Source of the DNA: Myxococcota bacterium
GTDB taxonomy: Bacteria > Myxococcota_A > UBA9160 > UBA6930
Reading direction: 5' to 3'
Length of the DNA: 64,000 bases
NCBI GenBank assembly: GCA_965223415.1
Contig: OZ245002.1
Coordinates: forward strand, 768,001 to 832,000
In this document: one piece after another, positions 1-9,123 of the stretch
Numbering within the stretch: position 1 is the first letter of the stretch
How the letters are laid out: every line of letters starts with the position of its first letter
The notes under the pieces: model-generated
Databases searched by the model: none
Seen by the model: only the letters and a program-made list of their open reading frames with translations
What the model was told of the DNA's origin: nothing
Translations under genes and position numbers: made by a program

Positions 1-592
1 TGGTGTCGTTCCACTCCTCCGCGGCGGCGATGATCTCCTCCCAGCCGGCCCGGGTGGCGGCGAGGCAGGCCGCGCCGTCGTCGCCGCAGATCTCTGCCTC
101 GCGGGAGGGGAACGGGTTCATGATCTTGAAGCCCAGCGGAGAGTCGGTGGGCGCGGTCGAGGCACGGATGGATTGACACATTTCGGTGTCATAAGCCGCC
201 GAACCGGGGCGCGTGCACAGTCGCTGCTCGGCCAGGAACTCGGCGTGGTCGGTGACGGCCATGAAGTCCAGGGGCCGATCGATGCGCAGCTCGCGGGTGC
301 CGCGCCCGTCGCCGTCCTTGGGAGGCAGCCGGATCGGCTCCCCGAACGCGTAGCCGTAGGACTCGCGGGGCCGCACCTCCACGTCGTAGTTCCAGGCGTC
401 GCTGGAGAGGGCCGTGTGCACGTGGAGATCCCCGAAGAGCGCGACCCGGAGCGGCTCCCGCCGCGCACAGGCGGCTCGGGGCGCATCGCGCGGGCCCGGC
501 GGGACGGCGAACCCGGCCGGATCCAAGGGATCGCCGCCGCACGCGACGAGCAGGAGCGAGACCACCACCATCGCGTGACGATTCGCGCGCAT
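1..592 (-). CDS. DUF3604-family (PHP-like metallohydrolase) lipoprotein, runs off window edge
   Basis: Manual translation: MRANRHAMVVVSLLLVAC (lipobox), LFGDLHVHTALSSDA, LDFMAVTDHAEFL motifs; not in ORF track. Confidence 0.8.
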   Translation of the reverse strand, partial: MRANRHAMVVVSLLLVACGGDPLDPAGFAVPPGPRDAPRAACARREPLRVALFGDLHVHTALSSDAWNYDVEVRPRESYGYAFGEPIRLPPKDGDGRGTRELRIDRPLDFMAVTDHAEFLAEQRLCTRPGSAAYDTEMCQSIRASTAPTDSPLGFKIMNPFPSREAEICGDDGAACLAATRAGWEEIIAAAEEWNDT

Positions 593-623
593 CCTCGACT
601 GGATAGCGCAGTCCGGCGCGCCC

Positions 624-1196
624 TCAGCGAGGCAGCGACAGGACGAAGCGGAACGCCACCCGCTCGGGTGTCGCCTCCACCTCCACGCGACCCACGTCGT
701 CGAGGATGTCGTAGAAGGCGTCGTAGCAGGCGGCCATCCCCTCGACGTACTCCGGGCTCGCCACGATCGCGGGTGCCGGGTGGGTCAGGAGAAGGGTCGG
801 CGTGGGACCCTCCACCCAGCGCGGTTCGCCCAGGTCCCGGAAGAGAGCCGGGAGGGCCTTGGGGGTCCAGCGCCCGAACCGCTCGAGGCGGCGTCCCATC
901 AGCCGGAGCGCCCCGTCGAAGATCGGCTGCAGGTAGGGGCGGCGGAAGCTCTGGAGCATCGCCTGCCGGCACACCCGCGAGGCACCCTGCCGGCCCACGG
1001 TGCGCGCGATGGCTTCCGCCAGCGCCACGTGCTGATCCAGTTCCACCCAGCCGAGGCGCGGCGCCTCGTCGATTGCCTTCCAGGCGGCTTCGCCCAGGGC
1101 GTCCCGCAGGCGCGACTCCTCGGCTGGAAACAGCTCCGCAAAGGCCTTCCGGTGGGTGAGCACGAATGCGGTGAGGACCCGGGGCCGACGGCTCAT
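624..1196 (-). CDS. hypothetical protein, possibly HNOX/V4R-like or DUF2378-like fold
   Basis: Protein-like ORF with normal codon bias; family resemblance weak. Confidence 0.6.
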   Translation of the reverse strand: MSRRPRVLTAFVLTHRKAFAELFPAEESRLRDALGEAAWKAIDEAPRLGWVELDQHVALAEAIARTVGRQGASRVCRQAMLQSFRRPYLQPIFDGALRLMGRRLERFGRWTPKALPALFRDLGEPRWVEGPTPTLLLTHPAPAIVASPEYVEGMAACYDAFYDILDDVGRVEVEATPERVAFRFVLSLPR

Positions 1197-1261
1197 CAAC
1201 ACGCTCCTGCATGACGCGTCGGCCGGCCGGCCTCGGAGCTGAAATGTGCCAACCTCCGCAG

Positions 1262-1852
1262 ATGAAGTACGACGAGTTCCGCCAGCGCGACCACTTCACC
1301 CAGGAAGAGGTCCTCGGCCTTGGACACGGCACGCTGATCGAAGATCCGCCCGCGGGCTTCGTGACGCGGCTTCCCACCCCTCCCATGCTGATGATCGACC
1401 GGGTCACCCACCTCTCCCGCAAGGGCAACAAGGGCGCGATGACGGCGGAGCGCGACGTCCGGCTGGACGACTGGTTCTTCCAGTGTCACTTCGTCGGCGA
1501 CCCGGTGCAGCCCGGATGCCTGGGCGTGGACGCGGTGTGGCAGATGCTGGGGCTCTACTGCGCCTGGAACGGAGGTCTCGGCGCGGGCCGGGCCCTCGGC
1601 GTCGGCGAGGTCGACTTCGGCGGACAGATCCGCCCCTACAACGAGGTCGTGCGCTACGAGGTGAAGATCGTGCGCTTCGTCAACCTGCCGGCCAGCGGTG
1701 CCTGCCTGGTGATCGGCGACGCCTCGGTACAGGTGGACGGCGAGGAGATCTACACGCTGAAGCGCGCCAAGGTCGGCATCTTCAAGGACATCGACTACCC
1801 GGACTACCCGAACCGGTCCCCGAACTCCGTCGGCGGGCGGCTCGAGGAGTAG
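1262..1852 (+). CDS. fabA: 3-hydroxyacyl-ACP dehydratase/isomerase FabA
   Basis: LPTPPMLMIDR, WFFQCHFVGDPVQPGCLGVDA (catalytic His and FabA-type Asp), GRALGVGEV. Confidence 0.92.
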   Translation: MKYDEFRQRDHFTQEEVLGLGHGTLIEDPPAGFVTRLPTPPMLMIDRVTHLSRKGNKGAMTAERDVRLDDWFFQCHFVGDPVQPGCLGVDAVWQMLGLYCAWNGGLGAGRALGVGEVDFGGQIRPYNEVVRYEVKIVRFVNLPASGACLVIGDASVQVDGEEIYTLKRAKVGIFKDIDYPDYPNRSPNSVGGRLEE

Positions 1853-1861
1853 GCTCGGGGC

Positions 1862-2695
1862 TCAGTCGAGATGGAGCCGCGGGTCGCGGGGCCTGCGGTT
1901 CATCGAGTAGCTCTCGCGGTAGCTCCCAGGCGTGACGTTCACCGAGCCGATGCCGCGGAACGTCTTGTAGCCCAGCAGGTCGGCGAGCTGGCGCGGGAAG
2001 TGGGCCACCTCCTCGATCGGGACCGAGCGGAACCAGTTCGTGTAGGGGCGGATCCAGCCGGCGTGGTAGGAGACCTGGAGGCCGAGCCGCCAACCGTCCG
2101 AGTGGTTGTCCGCCGCTCCGTGGAAGAGCGCGTGGTCGAACATCAGGACGCTCCCCGCCTCGACGTCGGGCTGGATCAGGCCCTCCATCTTCGCGGGATC
2201 CTGCGACCAAAGGAGATCGAGGGGCGCCCGGTGGCTCCCCGGGATCAGTCGCGTCCCGCCGGTGTGGGCGTTGAAGTCGCTCATCACCCACATGCAGGTG
2301 CAGCCGATCGGCCGCTCGTGGGGACGGGAGACCGGGATCAACGCGTCGTCCGGGTGAAGGGGCTGCTCGTTCGACTTGCTCGGCTTGACGTCGATCGCGG
2401 AGAAGGTGGAGAGCAGGAAGTCCTCGCCCAGGACTCCCTCCAGGATCTGGAGGACGTCGGGCTGGATCGGGATCTCCCAGAACATCGGGTCCAGCCGGAG
2501 CAGGCCGGCGGTGCGGAAGAAGGAGCTGTCGTCCTCCTGCTCGCCTTCTTCGAGTGGACGCAGCGTGTCGCGCTCGATCTCACGAACGCGAGCGCAGATC
2601 GCGTCGACCTTGGACTTCGGGATGACCTCGGGCAGGATGGTGAAGCCGTCCTCCTCGATTGCCGAAAGGTGGGTCTGGAGCTCGTTCGGGTCCAT
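1862..2695 (-). CDS. phytanoyl-CoA dioxygenase (PhyH) family Fe/2OG oxygenase
   Basis: EEDGF N-terminus, QPLHPDD (HxD), GGTRLIPGSH, LFHGAADN. Confidence 0.88.
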   Translation of the reverse strand: MDPNELQTHLSAIEEDGFTILPEVIPKSKVDAICARVREIERDTLRPLEEGEQEDDSSFFRTAGLLRLDPMFWEIPIQPDVLQILEGVLGEDFLLSTFSAIDVKPSKSNEQPLHPDDALIPVSRPHERPIGCTCMWVMSDFNAHTGGTRLIPGSHRAPLDLLWSQDPAKMEGLIQPDVEAGSVLMFDHALFHGAADNHSDGWRLGLQVSYHAGWIRPYTNWFRSVPIEEVAHFPRQLADLLGYKTFRGIGSVNVTPGSYRESYSMNRRPRDPRLHLD

Positions 2696-2759
2696 GGGAC
2701 GAGTTTGGCCGAAGGAGGGCGGCCTGTGCAGAGAAATCGCGTACCCCCCGCGGGGTGTC

Positions 2760-2790
2760 TTGACAAACTATCGATAGTTAGTTTTTATTC
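2760..2790 (+). promoter_or_regulatory. sigma70-type promoter with overlapping palindromic operator
   Basis: TTGACA at 2760-2765; perfect palindrome AACTATCGATAGTT at 2766-2779; AT-rich tract before tetR ATG. Confidence 0.75.
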
Positions 2791-2794
2791 CACC

Positions 2795-3424
2795 ATGTCA
2801 CGGGGCCAGCGCAAGGGCGAGCAGACCGCCGCCCGCATCCTGGACGCGGCGGAGGCGCTCTTCGCCGAGCGCGGCTACGCGGGGACCTCCCTGCGCGACG
2901 TGGCCGAGGCCGTCGGCCTGCGCACGCCGAGCCTCTACAACCACTTCGAGAGCAAGGAGCTGCTCTACGCCGCCGTGCTCGACCGCGTGGTCGATCCGGT
3001 GCTGCGCATCCTGAACCGGTTCATCGCCGCGCCGGCCGCCGAACGCCCGGAGCCGGCGGAGGTGATCCACCAGGTCATGGCCCTGCTGGACGCCCACCGG
3101 AACCTGCCGCTGCTGCTCTTCCACGAGACCCAGACCGGCGGCCGGCGGCTCACGCCTGCCCTGCGCGAGCGGCTCTCGCCGATCTTCGCCCGGGCCTTCG
3201 AGACCGTGGAGGCCGCGGACGAGGACGGCCGCTTCGAGAAGGACGAGATCCCGCTGCTCGTCCTCTCGCTCTACCACGCGATCGTCGGCTTCTACGCGAT
3301 CACACCGTTCTACCGCGAGGTGGCCGGGGAGGACCTGCAGTCCCCCGCGGCCCGTGCGCGGCAGTCCCGTTTCCTCACCCGGATGGTCGAGGCGCTCTTC
3401 GACCACGCCCCCGACCGATCCTGA
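2795..3424 (+). CDS. TetR/AcrR family transcriptional regulator
   Basis: ILDAAEALFAERGYAGTSLRDVAEAVGLRTPSLYNHFESKE HTH. Confidence 0.93.
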   Translation: MSRGQRKGEQTAARILDAAEALFAERGYAGTSLRDVAEAVGLRTPSLYNHFESKELLYAAVLDRVVDPVLRILNRFIAAPAAERPEPAEVIHQVMALLDAHRNLPLLLFHETQTGGRRLTPALRERLSPIFARAFETVEAADEDGRFEKDEIPLLVLSLYHAIVGFYAITPFYREVAGEDLQSPAARARQSRFLTRMVEALFDHAPDRS

Positions 3425-3435
3425 AGGAGAACCCC

Positions 3436-4665
3436 ATGGTCGACGTCGACGTCGCTTACCTCGATTCCAGCAGCTGGGAAGAGGAGCCCATGCTCGAGCG
3501 CTTCCGCTGGCTGCGCCAGCACGAGCCCGTGCGCTGGAGCGAGAAGGACCAGCTCTGGCTGATCTCCCGCTACGAGGACGTGGTGGCGGTCTCCAAGGAC
3601 CAGAAGACCTTCACCTCGGGCCAGGGCGTGCGCCCGGGCCTCGACGTCAAGATCGGCCTGATCGACGAGGAGGAGCCCCGCCACGCCGCGCTCCGCGGCA
3701 TGATCAACAAGGGCTTCACGCCGCGGATGGTGAAGATCCTCGAGGAGACCTTCACCAAGATCACCACCGATGCGATCGACAGGGTGGCGACACGGGGCGA
3801 GTGCGATTTCGTCGAGAGCATCGCCGTCCCGCTGCCGCTCCGGCTGATCGCGTCGATGATCGGCATCCGCGAAGCGGACTACGACCAGTTCCACGAGTGG
3901 TCCGATCACATGATCGCCGCCGAGGGCAGCCAGGAAGATCCGGAGGTCATGGCCAAGGCCGGCAAGGCCTTCCTGGGCTACGCCACCTACGTCACTCCCA
4001 TCATCGAAAAGCGGCGCCAGAACCCCCAGGAAGACCTGATGAGCATCCTGACCGGGGCGAAGGACGACGGCCTGCTCATGGAGTACGACGAGTCCCAGAG
4101 CGCCATGGCCGGCACGGCCCCGGCGGAGCTGGCCAACGACGAGCTCATCAAGCTGATGGTGATCCTGATGGTCGCCGGAAACGAGACCACCCGGAACGGC
4201 CTCTCGGGCGCCATGCAGCTCCTGATCGAGCACCCGGAGGTCCGCGATCAGCTGACCCGCGACCCGACGCTGATCCCCACCGCGGTGGAGGAGATGCTGC
4301 GGCTCACGAGCCCCGTGCGCTCCTTCGGTCGCACCGTGCTCCGCGATACCGAGATCGGCGACAAGCAGATCAAGGCCGGCCAGAAGGTGCTGATGCTGTA
4401 CGGCTCGGCGAATCGCGACGAGCGCCAGTTCGCGAACCCGGACCGCTTCGACATCGAGCGCAATCCGCACCACCTGGCCTTCGGCATCGGCAGCCATTTC
4501 TGTCTCGGCGCCAACCTGGCCCGGATGGAGATGCGGGTGGGGCTCCGGGAGGTGCTGCGCCGCATGCCGGAGATGGAGTACGCGGCCGGCGGCCCGGTGC
4601 TGCAGCCCTCCGCCCTGGTGCGCACCTGTGCCGAGATGCGCGTGCGCTTCACGCCGGAGGCCTGA
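3436..4665 (+). CDS. cytochrome P450 (CYP124/125/142-like)
   Basis: AGNETT I-helix, EEMLR (ExxR), FGIGSHFCLG heme motif; RBS AAGGAG. Confidence 0.93.
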   Translation: MVDVDVAYLDSSSWEEEPMLERFRWLRQHEPVRWSEKDQLWLISRYEDVVAVSKDQKTFTSGQGVRPGLDVKIGLIDEEEPRHAALRGMINKGFTPRMVKILEETFTKITTDAIDRVATRGECDFVESIAVPLPLRLIASMIGIREADYDQFHEWSDHMIAAEGSQEDPEVMAKAGKAFLGYATYVTPIIEKRRQNPQEDLMSILTGAKDDGLLMEYDESQSAMAGTAPAELANDELIKLMVILMVAGNETTRNGLSGAMQLLIEHPEVRDQLTRDPTLIPTAVEEMLRLTSPVRSFGRTVLRDTEIGDKQIKAGQKVLMLYGSANRDERQFANPDRFDIERNPHHLAFGIGSHFCLGANLARMEMRVGLREVLRRMPEMEYAAGGPVLQPSALVRTCAEMRVRFTPEA

Positions 4666-4676
4666 CTTCGGATAGG

Positions 4677-5606
4677 ATGGCGTCCATGGCGGACGCTCTC
4701 CCCCAGACCCTGGCTCCCTTTCATGGCACGCTGGCCGCGGAGCTCTCGCACGGCGCGGCCGAAGGCCTCGGCCCCTACGGCGAGCGGGTGAGCGAGCTGG
4801 TGCAGGCGGGCCTGGTACCGGCCTGCGTGCTCACCGGCATGACGCTGCATCTGCTCGCGAGCCAGCCCCGACGGCCGCGGGAGGACGGCCGCGAGGCGAA
4901 GAAGGCCATCGCCGGCGGCGTGTGGGTGCGCGAGCAGGTGACGATCCACCGGCCGGTCGCCCTGGGGCAGGAGCTCGTGATCCGCGGCGAATCAGCCCGA
5001 CGCTTCTCGCGGCGCGGCCGGCGCTACGGCGTGACCAGCTCCGAGACCCGCGACACGGATGGCCGGCGGCTCGTCTCGAGCTGCACCACGGGCCTGCTCC
5101 GCTACCGCAAGGAGCCCGGGCTCCCGGACGGGGCGGAGGGCCGAAGCGAGGACGCGGTCGCTGTCCCGGGACCGGACCTCCCGGCCGCCGCCGGGAACCC
5201 CGCCGGCGACGCTCTCACCGCGCTGGGCGAAGGCCAGCGCTTCGAAGGCGAACGGTGTCTCGTGAGCCTCGAGATGATGCGCGCCCGGGACGCGGGCCGC
5301 GACGACAACCCGATCCACACGGAGCCGTCGGTCGCCGCGGCGGAAGGACTCGCGGCCCCGATCGCCGGCGGCTCCCACGTGCTCTCCTTCCTCCACGAGA
5401 CCCTGATGCGCGCCTGGGGCACCGAGGCCCTGCTCCACGGCGCCCACTTCGACGTGCGCTGGACCGGGCAGACCTACGCCGGCACCCTCGTGACGCCCCG
5501 TGCCCGGGTCGAGCGGCTCACGCCGCAGCTCGCCGAGCTCTCCCTCGAGATCGAGGGCGAGGAGCGGGCGGCGATGGTGGACACCCTGCTGATCCCGCGG
5601 CCATGA
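4677..5606 (+). CDS. MaoC-like double hot-dog fold dehydratase
   Basis: DDNPIHTE and PIAGG hydratase-2 motifs; C-terminal part of ORF 3354..5606. Confidence 0.75.
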   Translation: MASMADALPQTLAPFHGTLAAELSHGAAEGLGPYGERVSELVQAGLVPACVLTGMTLHLLASQPRRPREDGREAKKAIAGGVWVREQVTIHRPVALGQELVIRGESARRFSRRGRRYGVTSSETRDTDGRRLVSSCTTGLLRYRKEPGLPDGAEGRSEDAVAVPGPDLPAAAGNPAGDALTALGEGQRFEGERCLVSLEMMRARDAGRDDNPIHTEPSVAAAEGLAAPIAGGSHVLSFLHETLMRAWGTEALLHGAHFDVRWTGQTYAGTLVTPRARVERLTPQLAELSLEIEGEERAAMVDTLLIPRP

Positions 5607-5634
5607 CGGCGAGCCCGCGCCGAGCTCTGCGCCC

Positions 5635-8028
5635 GTGACGGTGTCGGCGCTTGCCGGCGTGCGGGTGCTCGACCTGGCCGACGCCTCCGCGGCCCTGGCG
5701 GGACGCATCCTGGCAGACCTGGGCGCCGACGTGGTGAAGGTCGAGCCGGCCGGGGGCGGCGCGACCCGCTCCCGCGCGCCCTTCCTCGACGACGAGCCCG
5801 GGCCGGAGCGGAGCTTCTTCCACCTCTACCACGATGCGGGCAAGCGGTCCCTCGTGCTGGACCACGAGACGCCGGCAGGCGCGTCCCGCTTCCGCCGGCT
5901 CGTCGAGGGCGCCGACGTCCTGATCGAGACGGCGCGACCGGGCGCGGCCGGCCTCGAGGCGAAGCGGCTCGCGGGATGGAACCCGCGGCTCGTCCACGCC
6001 TCGGTGGTGCCCTTCGCCTCCGACGGCCCCTGGCGGGATTGGCGCGCAACGGATCTCGTCGCCGGTGCCGCCGGAGGCCTCGTGTGGCTGTGCGGCGAGC
6101 GCGACGGCCCTCCCCTCCAGGGCTCGGCGAACCCGGCCTACACGATGGCGAGCCTCGCCGCGGCGACCGGCGTGATGGTCGGCCTCGCCGATCGCGAACG
6201 CGAAGGCCCGCGCCGGGGCTGTCACTTCGAAGTGTCGCTCCAGGAAGCGGCCTGCATGGCGGCGATGCAGACCGCCACGCCCACCTTCTGGTCCTGGTTC
6301 GGCCGCGTCCCGGCGCGGCCCGGGCTCTCCAACGCCGTGCGCTGCAAGGACGGCGGCCACGTCGGCCTGCTCGTCCGGTCGGGACGCTTCGAGCTCTTTG
6401 TCGAATGGTGCGAAGAGGCGGACATCCCGACGAAGCTCACTCCGGCGGATGCCCACTGGGCGGAGCTCACGGCGCCCCGGGAGGGCAACCCGGTTTCGGC
6501 GGCCGTGCTCGAGCTGGCGGCCTGCCATACCCGCGACGAATTCGCCGAACGGGCGGGGCGGGCGGAGATCGTGTGCCTCCCGATCCTGGACTTCCCCAGC
6601 ATGGAGCGGCATCCCCAGTTCGAGGCGAACCGGCAGTTCGTCCTCGTGCCCCACGAGCCCCTCGGCCGTGAGCTGGGCTTCCCGCGCAGCCCGGTCGCGG
6701 CCATGGCGGAGGAGGTGGAGCTGCGCCGGGCCCCGCTGCTCGGCGAGCACGGCCCGGCGATCCTGCGCGAGCTCGAGGTACCCGCGGCGCCCGCCCCGGC
6801 GGAGCTCGCCCCGGCCGACCCGCGGCGTGCCCTCGAGGGCGTGCGCGTGGTCGACTTCTGCTGGGTGCTCGCCGGGCCCATCGGCACGCGGCTCCTGGCG
6901 AGCCACGGCGCAGATGTCATCCGCATCGAGTCTTCGCGTCATCCGGACGGCATGCGCTTCCAGCCCGGCCCGGACGGACGGCCCAGCCCGGACCTGGGCG
7001 GCCTCTTCAACACGGCGAACGCCGGCAAGCGCTCTCTCTGCGTCGACCTCACGACCGCGGCCGGGCGCGAGATCGTGCGGAAGCTCGTCGCCCGGGCGGA
7101 CGTGGTCACGAACAACTACCGGCCCGGCGCCCTCGAGCGCATGGGCTTCGGCTTCGACGCGCTGCGCGAGATCCGACCCGACATCGTCCTGCTGAACCTC
7201 CCGGGCACGCACCGGCAGGGGCCGTGGAGCGGACGGCCCACCATGGGCAACGTGGTAATGGCGGCTTCCGGCTTCAATCCGTTGATGGGCTTTCCCGGCC
7301 AGCGGCCCCGCGGCGTCGGTGTCGCCTATCCGGACTTCACCTCACCCTACCTGCTGGCGACGACCGTGATGGCCGCCCTGCGCGAGCGCCGGCGCACGGG
7401 GCGCGGCCAGGAGCTCGATCTCTCCCAGCTCTCGGCGACGATCTCGCTCCTCGGTGCCGAGTGGATGCGCTACCAAGCCACCGGGGTGCAGCCGGGGCCG
7501 TCGGCGAACCGCGACCCGAATCACTGCCCCCACGGCGTCTTCCCGGCGCGGGGCGACGACGAGTGGTGTGCGCTCGCGGTGGACGACGAGGCGCAGTGGA
7601 AGGCCCTGTGCCGGGAGCTGGACGCGCCGGACCTGGCCAAGGAGCCCCGCTTCGTTTCCCACGCGAGCCGCAAGGCGAACGAAGACGCCCTCGACGAGAT
7701 CGTGTCCGACTGGACGCGACGCCACGACAAGTGGGCGCTCGCTACCCGCCTCCAGGCCGCCGGCGTCCCCGCCGCGCCGGTCGAGAACCTGCGCGACACC
7801 TTCGAGCGGGACCCCCAGCTGCGGCACCACTACGTGCGGGTCCGCCAGCCGGCGGCCCCCGACGTCGAGATCCCCATCGACCGGGAGGCGATCTGCTTCG
7901 ACGGCGCCGACCCGGCGCTCGTCCGCGCGCCGACGATGGGCGAGCACGGCGAGCCGATCCTGCGCGAGCTCCTCGGGCTCTCGGACGGCGAGATCGCACG
8001 GCTCGTGCGGGACGAGGTGCTCAGCTAG
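5635..8028 (+). CDS. family III CoA-transferase (CaiB/BaiF), two fused domains
   Basis: Two repeats of the LxGVRVxD..GADVxKxE..GKRS pattern. Confidence 0.9.
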   Translation: MTVSALAGVRVLDLADASAALAGRILADLGADVVKVEPAGGGATRSRAPFLDDEPGPERSFFHLYHDAGKRSLVLDHETPAGASRFRRLVEGADVLIETARPGAAGLEAKRLAGWNPRLVHASVVPFASDGPWRDWRATDLVAGAAGGLVWLCGERDGPPLQGSANPAYTMASLAAATGVMVGLADREREGPRRGCHFEVSLQEAACMAAMQTATPTFWSWFGRVPARPGLSNAVRCKDGGHVGLLVRSGRFELFVEWCEEADIPTKLTPADAHWAELTAPREGNPVSAAVLELAACHTRDEFAERAGRAEIVCLPILDFPSMERHPQFEANRQFVLVPHEPLGRELGFPRSPVAAMAEEVELRRAPLLGEHGPAILRELEVPAAPAPAELAPADPRRALEGVRVVDFCWVLAGPIGTRLLASHGADVIRIESSRHPDGMRFQPGPDGRPSPDLGGLFNTANAGKRSLCVDLTTAAGREIVRKLVARADVVTNNYRPGALERMGFGFDALREIRPDIVLLNLPGTHRQGPWSGRPTMGNVVMAASGFNPLMGFPGQRPRGVGVAYPDFTSPYLLATTVMAALRERRRTGRGQELDLSQLSATISLLGAEWMRYQATGVQPGPSANRDPNHCPHGVFPARGDDEWCALAVDDEAQWKALCRELDAPDLAKEPRFVSHASRKANEDALDEIVSDWTRRHDKWALATRLQAAGVPAAPVENLRDTFERDPQLRHHYVRVRQPAAPDVEIPIDREAICFDGADPALVRAPTMGEHGEPILRELLGLSDGEIARLVRDEVLS

Positions 8029-8040
8029 GAGGTCCGCGCC

Positions 8041-8805
8041 CTACTCGCCTCCGACGCTCGCCTGCTCGAGCTTCTCGATCTCGTCGGGAAGGCGGCCGTC
8101 GAGGGTGCGGTAGAAGCGCTCCCGGTAGTAGCGGCACTGCAGATCCCGGTAGGAATCCGCCGTGTTGATCTCGTAGGCCTCGTCGAGCTCGTCGTCGATG
8201 CGGGCGCGCTTCTCCGCGCGGTTGCCGTAGCGCAGTACGGTGATGCCGTCGCCCACCGGCCCGCCGACGACGCCGGCCACCGACATCGTGCTGTCGACCG
8301 CATCCCCCGCGAGGCTGCGGAAGGTGGCCGGGCCGCGCAGCGGGATCTCCACGTAGGGACCGGCGCCCAGGCCCCAGACGGCCAGGGTCTGGCCGAAGTC
8401 CTCGGGGTCGGCCTTCACGCCGCCGACGCGACCGGCCACGTCGTAGAGGCCGCCGACCCCGACGGTGGTATTCACCAGGAAGCGGGCGGTCTCGGTGCCC
8501 GCGGAGCCCAGGTCGGCCTGCAGCAGGTTGTTGGCGACGTTGCGCGGCGCGCGCAGGTTGCGGCCGAAATCGGTGAAGCGGTTGCGCACCGCCTCGGGCA
8601 CCCACATCCACACCTCGATCAACGGATCGTAGATCGTGCGGTCGACCCAGCGGTTGAGCCCGTGGACCGGGCGGTTCCAGCCCTCGAGGGGATCCGAGCG
8701 CGACCACAGCTCCTCGCAGGAGCGGGGCGGAGCGGTCGCACAACCGACGAGGAAGGCGAGGGAGAGGAGGAGAGCCACAAGAGGGAGCTTGGTTCGCTTC
8801 AGCAC
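8041..8805 (-). CDS. mlaA: MlaA/VacJ family lipoprotein
   Basis: Lipobox LVGC; DPLEGWNR, RFLVNTTVGVGGLYD, EDFGQTLAVWG. Confidence 0.9.
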   Translation of the reverse strand: MLKRTKLPLVALLLSLAFLVGCATAPPRSCEELWSRSDPLEGWNRPVHGLNRWVDRTIYDPLIEVWMWVPEAVRNRFTDFGRNLRAPRNVANNLLQADLGSAGTETARFLVNTTVGVGGLYDVAGRVGGVKADPEDFGQTLAVWGLGAGPYVEIPLRGPATFRSLAGDAVDSTMSVAGVVGGPVGDGITVLRYGNRAEKRARIDDELDEAYEINTADSYRDLQCRYYRERFYRTLDGRLPDEIEKLEQASVGGE

Positions 8806-9123
8806 GCGACCAGCGTAACACCGGAATGCGTCGGCTCGTCAAGCACGAATCCGGCAGCAGGGGCCCAGGGACGCTGGGGCGCGTACTTGCAGGCGAAGCT
8901 GCCCGCCCGCGGATACGCGGGGCGCCGGCAGCAGAGCCGCGACGCGGCTCAGTCGAGGGGCTGGACGCGGCAGTGCAGCCGACGAGGTGCCTGGCTGACG
9001 GCCCAGGTCATGCCGGTGGGCACGCCGTCGTCGTCGGAGAAGGCCTGGGGTGCGGAAGCGGCGGGACGGTGGTCGCCCGGCGACCCATCGGCAGGGGGCA
9101 ACCGGTGCGAAGGCGAGCGGCGA

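Noticed and set aside
118..1431. Long Arg/Pro/Gly-rich ORFs here and throughout (e.g. 13819-16554, 21353-24358, 24557-27556, 45783-48704)
   Set aside because: Shadow or antisense frames of real genes in high-GC DNA; no motifs
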